This document shows positions 9,450 to 14,328 of a stretch of 14,328 nucleotides of DNA, in pieces. The DNA is taken from contig JAKMXF010000140.1 in assembly GCA_024704765.1 (NCBI GenBank), positions 1 to 14,328 of the forward strand, in the 5' to 3' direction. A model generated the notes under the pieces. It ran no database searches and was not told the DNA's origin. It saw nothing but the letters and a program-made list of their open reading frames with translations. Source of the stretch: Oopsacas minuta. Its lineage: Eukaryota > Animalia > Porifera. A program made the translations under genes and the position numbers. Position 1 is the first letter of the stretch. Every line of letters begins with the position of its first letter.

Positions 9450-10802
9450 CAGTCTGTCCAAGAATTATTGCAACACTGTTAAAGTAAATGTTATTCCATA
9501 AAAAAATCTGAATTTTATGTCATATATTGTCTAAGGTGGTATCAATTTGTTTACAGTATACTCAAATTAGTAGTTAATCTTATTTCCATTATTGTCAATC
9601 ACCATCTGACACCTACGCTTCATTGATTTCCAATAAGATCTTAGGAATTCCGGGGACAGTGAATCCCAAACTCCCAAAATAAAAGTTTCCAGCTCTGCTA
9701 AGTTCTTAGGATTTTGTTTGCTAACATGACTCTTCAGGACTGCAAACACATTTTCGATAGGGTTAAGATCTGGTGATTGACTTGGCCATTCAGACACACT
9801 TTTCGGCACATTCTCAGACATCCATCCTTTGACTAACTTAGATTTGTGCTTAGGGTCATTGTCTTAAACAAGAAACCAGCGGTTTCCATGAAACACCTCT
9901 GCTTGGTCGACTAGATACCATTGTAAAATATCAACAAACAGCTTCGCGTCCAAGTTCTGTCGAAAAATACAGATAGGAAACGTCCCAAAAGACGAAAATG
10001 CCGCCCAAATGTGTAATTTTGACGAATGCTTCGTTGTTTTTTGGAACCATTTTTGTCCCGATATTGTCCACATTCTGACTCTCCCCCTATTCAACCAAAA
10101 GATGCTTCATCCGCAAAAACAGCCCGGCACCATAATTTATTCATGTTTTTGCGCGCCCACTCAATCCTAAACAACCGATTTTTTTCAGATAACAACGGAA
10201 TTTGTGCGAGAAAAAGCTTAGAATACTTTAGATGACGCAGTGTCTAATGAACAGTACTCTTGCAAACTTTCATCTTCTTTTTCTCTGTTAATTTATTTGC
10301 CAGTTTGCGTAAACTGATCTCTGGATCTGATTTAATTATCTATGCAGCAGAATACTTGATGCTCTTGCATATTTACCAGGTCTCCCACCTCTTTGTTTGT
10401 GTTTAATGGAAACACCGGCATCAAGTCGTTATTTCACCCTATAGACAGTAATCCGATTCATTTTCAAAAGTCGTGAAATCTCAGTAGGCGTATGTTTACC
10501 TCCATTCAACATGGTCTCAATCTTTATTCTGGATGACTCTTGAGCCATTGAAATAATCTATGCTAAAGAGTTAGGGGAAAAACGCTGATTACGAGTGAAT
10601 TATATCAAAACAGTGACATCATAATTATCTATTAAGTGACTGAGAACAATAATATTGTAATTTTGAAAATTTAAACGGAATAGAGAGGTAGCGTCTCAGA
10701 TTTTGAAATTCGAATGTTTCGAGTATATAGCTAGTTGCATATTCAGTAAATTCTGGTTTGACTACAAATGGCTTGGTGCTGCAATAATTCTTGGACAGAC
10801 TC
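9450..10802 (-). mobile_element. Tc1-like DNA transposon, 1353 bp
   Basis: 27-bp TIRs CAGTCTGTCCAAGAATTATTGCAACAC (9450-9476 / 10776-10802; 25/27), TA duplication at 9448-9449 and 10803-10804. Empty site in copy A near 4154. Confidence 0.95.
9567..10548 (-). pseudogene. Tc1-like transposase with D-35-E spacing, disrupted
   Basis: MAQ...TPTEISRLLKMNRITVYRV (HTH), GGRP, VFADEASF, V*DNDPKH, WPSQSPDLNPIEN...KINY*. Stops near 10430, 10340, 10245 and 9864, plus one frameshift. Confidence 0.92.
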
Positions 10803-11490
10803 TATATTGGAATTGGATACCATGGAAGATACATTTGAAACACTGCAACAACACTCAATCTATGAAAATATCGACTTTGAGCTACTTCAATTGAAACCTT
10901 GAACTATCACCACTTGCCAACAACACATACTTAACCCAACTACATGAGAAACTCGCTCCTACACTACACACATAAACAAAGTGACGTTAACGTTTAACCT
11001 TTAGCGTTAGGGGTGGCTGTAATGGGAAGGAGGAGGCCACCGCAGCTGAGTTGTTTTGTTTATAGAAATCTAGTGTTTTCAAGTAGTATGCAGCGTGCCA
11101 CAGGCTCGCGGTTTTCACATCAACTCTATGTGTATATCAACATCATACCAAACTCCCGCAACAAATGCATGGTCTACGCTGGTCCAATCGATGAGCATAT
11201 TTCAGTGGTATATCACTTAAAGCTTATTAGGAAGTATAGAGAAATGGGCAAAAATGAACTCTTCTACAATTCGTACTTAAGATATTCCGAATATTCACTA
11301 TTATGCTAATGCTTGTAAAATTTTTGTTATTTGATAGAATATATTGCAATATATAGATTGACATGTTATATTATATTATTTATTATGGGTTATTAAATAC
11401 AATCACCAAGTACCTAGCACCTTCTGTACAAGTTATATTATTATAAATATTCTTATACACTGTCTATTATTGGCATTTTGTATAATTATA

Positions 11491-12800
11491 CTTGCTTGTC
11501 CAAGGCTTCGCGGAATTTTATCCCTAGTTTGTGTTATATACACTCTATCAATTACCCTATTGTTTCGATTAATTCTAATATCCCTTATCTCAATTATTCT
11601 AACTTTTGTATTCAAAAAGTTTAGTTTAGGTATTCATTTAGCATCATTTACGATTGTCGTATTTTTTTCTAAAATAGAAAACTCAGAACATGGGAAACGA
11701 TATATCAGTTGGTTTCTCCTGAAACAAAATAATCCTGGAAGCGACATTCTTTATGAGATGGAAAAGGTTTATGGTAGTAAATGCCCTGGTAAATCGATGG
11801 GTTACAATTGAATTGACAGATTTAATGATGGGAATCCAACTGTTGATGATAACCCAAGACCTGGTTGTCCGAAAACATGTTCCAACCAAGGAAATATCCA
11901 AATTATATCAAACATTCTTGATAAAGATTGACGTGTGACTCTGCGGCAGTTAGAGGAAGAATTGGGGATGTCAAAATCAATACTTGATAAGATTCTAACT
12001 GAACAATTGGGAATGTCCAGAGTTCTTCCTCATTGGGTTCCCAAATTGTTATCTGAAACTCAAAGGGTTGAAAGGGTTCGTGTCAGTCGCCAGCTCTTAC
12101 GGATTTCTAAGAAGGAAACAAGGTTCTTTGATCGTTTAGTCATAGGGGACGAGACTTGGTTGCATTTTTATGAACCTAAGAGCAGTTTACAGACGAGTCA
12201 ATGGAAGCGTAGGCATGAAACAACTCCTATTGGACCCAGAGCCGTCGCATCAGCAGGTAAACGGATGGCAACAGTTTTTTGGGACACAAAGGAAATAATC
12301 ATGAGTGATTGGTTACCTAACAAAGTAACAATAAATACTGAATACGATGTTCAAGTTCTGAAGATTTTGTGCGGGGCTATCAAGTCTAAGAGGCGTGGCA
12401 AGTTAAGTTCTCATGTTTTGCATCAGCATGATAATTCCCTAGCCCATACCAGCAGGCGAACTTTGGTTGAAATTCAACATTTACGGCTCGAGTTACTCCC
12501 ACATCCCCCATACAGCCCAGATCTAGCGCCCAGCGACTACTGCCTTTTTTCAGAAATGAAAAGACCACTTAGAAGTAAACTTCTCAGCGATTTGAGCATC
12601 TTAAGTCCGCTGTAAATTTATGGATTCAAGGTACCCCTGAAAAATTCTACACCACAGGAATAAATAAACTCCCATCAAAATGGAAGAAATGTATCGAGGT
12701 TAGGGGTGAACTTATTGAAAACTATGACCAATAATTAGTTGAGCATGATCATTGATAAATAAAATATATTTGCAATTTCACGAACTTTTGGACAACTTGG
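11491..12800 (+). mobile_element. mariner element, 1310 bp
   Basis: Degenerate TIRs share TTGTCCAA...TTCG.G.AATT. Left TA at 11489-11490; the right TA appears mutated to CA (12801-12802). Boundaries are fixed by the empty site in copy A near 4823. Confidence 0.88.
11674..12734 (+). pseudogene. mariner DD34D transposase, disrupted
   Basis: WVPKLL, IGDETWLHFYEP, HDNSLAH, HPPYSPDLAPSD with 34 residues between 2nd and 3rd Asp. Start codon appears as ATA, TGA at 11809 and 11929, frameshift near 12580. Confidence 0.95.
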
Positions 12801-13023
12801 CACAAAATTTAAATTTGTAATACGTAGTGGGGACATAGTTTACATGTTATCAAACAAATTCACTATTTTCTAGAATCCAACTCTAAATTGACTTGTTTAC
12901 TCAGTTAGCTATATGAATAGCTAGTCTAAATTTGAATTGCATTACGTACATTTAGTGGTAATTACGTAATGAGAGTGTATGGAATTCGAAAAAGTCAAAT
13001 GAAAGAGAAGTAAGATTATTTCA

Positions 13024-13162
13024 GGGTCAAACTCCTACGGCTGTAATTAGTGTAATAAATTTTGATGCTAGTCCAAATCCTACGATGTAATATATGCGTA
13101 GGATTTTGACCCGCAGCATGGATATGCAATTAGGATTTTGTATTGCGGGTTAAAATACTACC
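13024..13162. repeat. Second array of GGGTCAAAATCCTACG-like motifs, in both orientations
   Basis: Forward copies at 13024-13039, 13071-13084 and 13145-13162; reverse copies at 13097-13112 and 13131-13140. 13097-13118 and 13141-13162 form a 17/22 inverted repeat. Confidence 0.75.
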
Positions 13163-13241
13163 AAACAGTACTCAAATCTTGAAGGTGTGTTCTGATCCAC
13201 TGAGCCAAATTACAAACAAATCGCTCTACTCTTTCCGGAGG

Positions 13242-13985
13242 TTTAAGGAAGAGTTTTTGCTATGTTGTGAACTTGAAACCACAACAAAGGCACAAGATGT
13301 GTTCAAATTGATTGATAGCTTTTTCCAAGATAATAAAATTGAGTGGAAGGATTTGTATGGAGTTTGTATCGACGGCGCGCCAGCAATGCTTGGTTCACGT
13401 TCTGGTTTCCAAAAGCTTGTTAAGGATAGATCTCCAGAAGTCACAAGCACACATTGCATGATTCATTGACAAGCACTTGCATGTAAAACTATGCCAGCAC
13501 AGCTTTTAACAGTGATGACACTAGTTATTAAGATCGTAAATTTAATTAAATCGAGTACTCTTAACACTCGGCTTTTCAGGGAACTTTGCGAAGGTATGGC
13601 TGCTAGCAATCAGACTCTACTTTCCCACACCCAAGTACGTTGGCTTTCCAAAGGTAATGTCCTTAAACGAGTCCTGGAGTTGCTTCCAGAGATTAAACTA
13701 TTTCTTGGTCAACACGGAAGACATGAATTCTTGACACAAATCAATGATTCCAATAATAATGTTTTTCTAATTTATCTTGTGGATATATTTGATCGTATCA
13801 ATGTACTGAATCTCTCACTTAAGGGAAAAGAAAAGTACATGTTTGATTGAGTGATAAACTCAAAGCTTTCCAAATGAAAATTCACAATTGGAGAAGAAAA
13901 TTGACTCAGGGAATGTATGTATGTTCGAAAGATTATCCGAATATTTTGATTACAACGATATTGTATTGGATAATAACACTGGTCG
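13242..13985 (+). pseudogene. Buster-type hAT transposase, central part (continues the 6313-6931 fragment)
   Basis: FKEEFLLCCELETTTKAQDVF...GVCIDGAPAMLG...HCMIH*QALACK...VRWLSKGNVLKR...YLVDIFDRINVLNLSL(fs)SDKLKAFQMKI. Similarity fades near 13985. Confidence 0.92.
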
Positions 13986-14232
13986 ACATGATTTTTATTT
14001 TCTGGCGAAAATAGTGACTTCTAAGATAATTTGCTTACGCTGATTACGAATATGAAGTCGCTTTTTTTCTATCACGTCAAGATTTTTTATAATTTGTGAT
14101 TTAAAATTTGCATTTCACTACTAATAACAGCCTGTTCTATGAAGTATTCCTTGCTGTTGGGTCATAGTTATTATTGTCATAGCCATTATACATCATTGTG
14201 ACGTCATAATAATTTTATTGTGAGTAAACCAG

Positions 14233-14328
14233 GGGCCGTATTCACTAAGCATACTTAAGTATGTACTTAGTACTTAAGTACTAAGTACATACTTAAACCG
14301 TATTCACTAAGATTGGTATTCACTAAGA
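14233..14328. mobile_element. Terminus of a PIF/Harbinger-like element or MITE (runs off the window)
   Basis: CAG followed by GGGCCGTATTCACTAAG resembles Harbinger TIRs with a CWG target. GTATTCACTAAG occurs three times, and a palindrome with 16-bp arms spans 14255-14297. Confidence 0.6.

Larger units (their letters stand above)
9292..13039 (+). repeat. Copy B of the duplicated segment, in three pieces (9292-9449, 10805-11490, 12801-13039) split by Tc1 and mariner insertions
   Basis: Direct alignment to 3998-5073. The left end is cut by the Buster-type element. Confidence 0.95.

Noticed and set aside
9567-10548. In-frame TAA/TAG at positions where Gln fits, suggesting a ciliate-type genetic code or RIP
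   Set aside because: CAA/CAG codons are abundant, TAA/TAG end the Tc1 and hAT genes at their expected C-termini, TGA replaces both Trp and Arg in the mariner, and frameshifts co-occur. Ordinary transition decay explains it.
13143-13241. N-terminal 33 aa of the 13143-13469 ORF as part of the hAT transposase
   Set aside because: Buster similarity starts only at 13242. The upstream part belongs to the other side of the inferred inversion breakpoint.
13986-14229. Non-coding stretch containing GCTGATTACGAATATG, reminiscent of transposon subterminal sequence
   Set aside because: No TIR, TSD or coding signal to support an assignment.

Overview
AT-rich eukaryotic DNA with GT-AG introns, made almost entirely of nested, decayed cut-and-paste DNA transposons. 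No intact host gene, RNA gene or CRISPR array was found. Left to right: (1) a hAT/Buster-type terminus (ends 154) inserted in a Blackjack-like hAT remnant (155-1124); (2) a 5-intron Gypsy-integrase-like (Ginger1-type) pseudogene (1125-~3929) whose D-35-E spacing appears only after splicing; (3) repeat copy A (3998-5073); (4) a degenerate CNC/Maf-like bZIP and a putative MULE-like transposase remnant on the minus strand; (5) the 5' half of a Buster hAT (minus strand) carrying a Tigger/pogo element, which itself carries a MITE; (6) repeat copy B, interrupted by a Tc1-like element (D-35-E spacing) and a DD34D mariner; (7) the continuation of the Buster transposase on the plus strand; (8) a PIF/Harbinger-like terminus. 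The strongest structural signal is an apparent indel-free ~6.9 kb inversion (6316-13244) at TTTAA microhomology. Reversing it rejoins the Buster transposase in frame and turns copies A and B into >1 kb inverted repeats around a MULE-like + bZIP cassette. Family assignments come from motifs read by eye; no database search was run.
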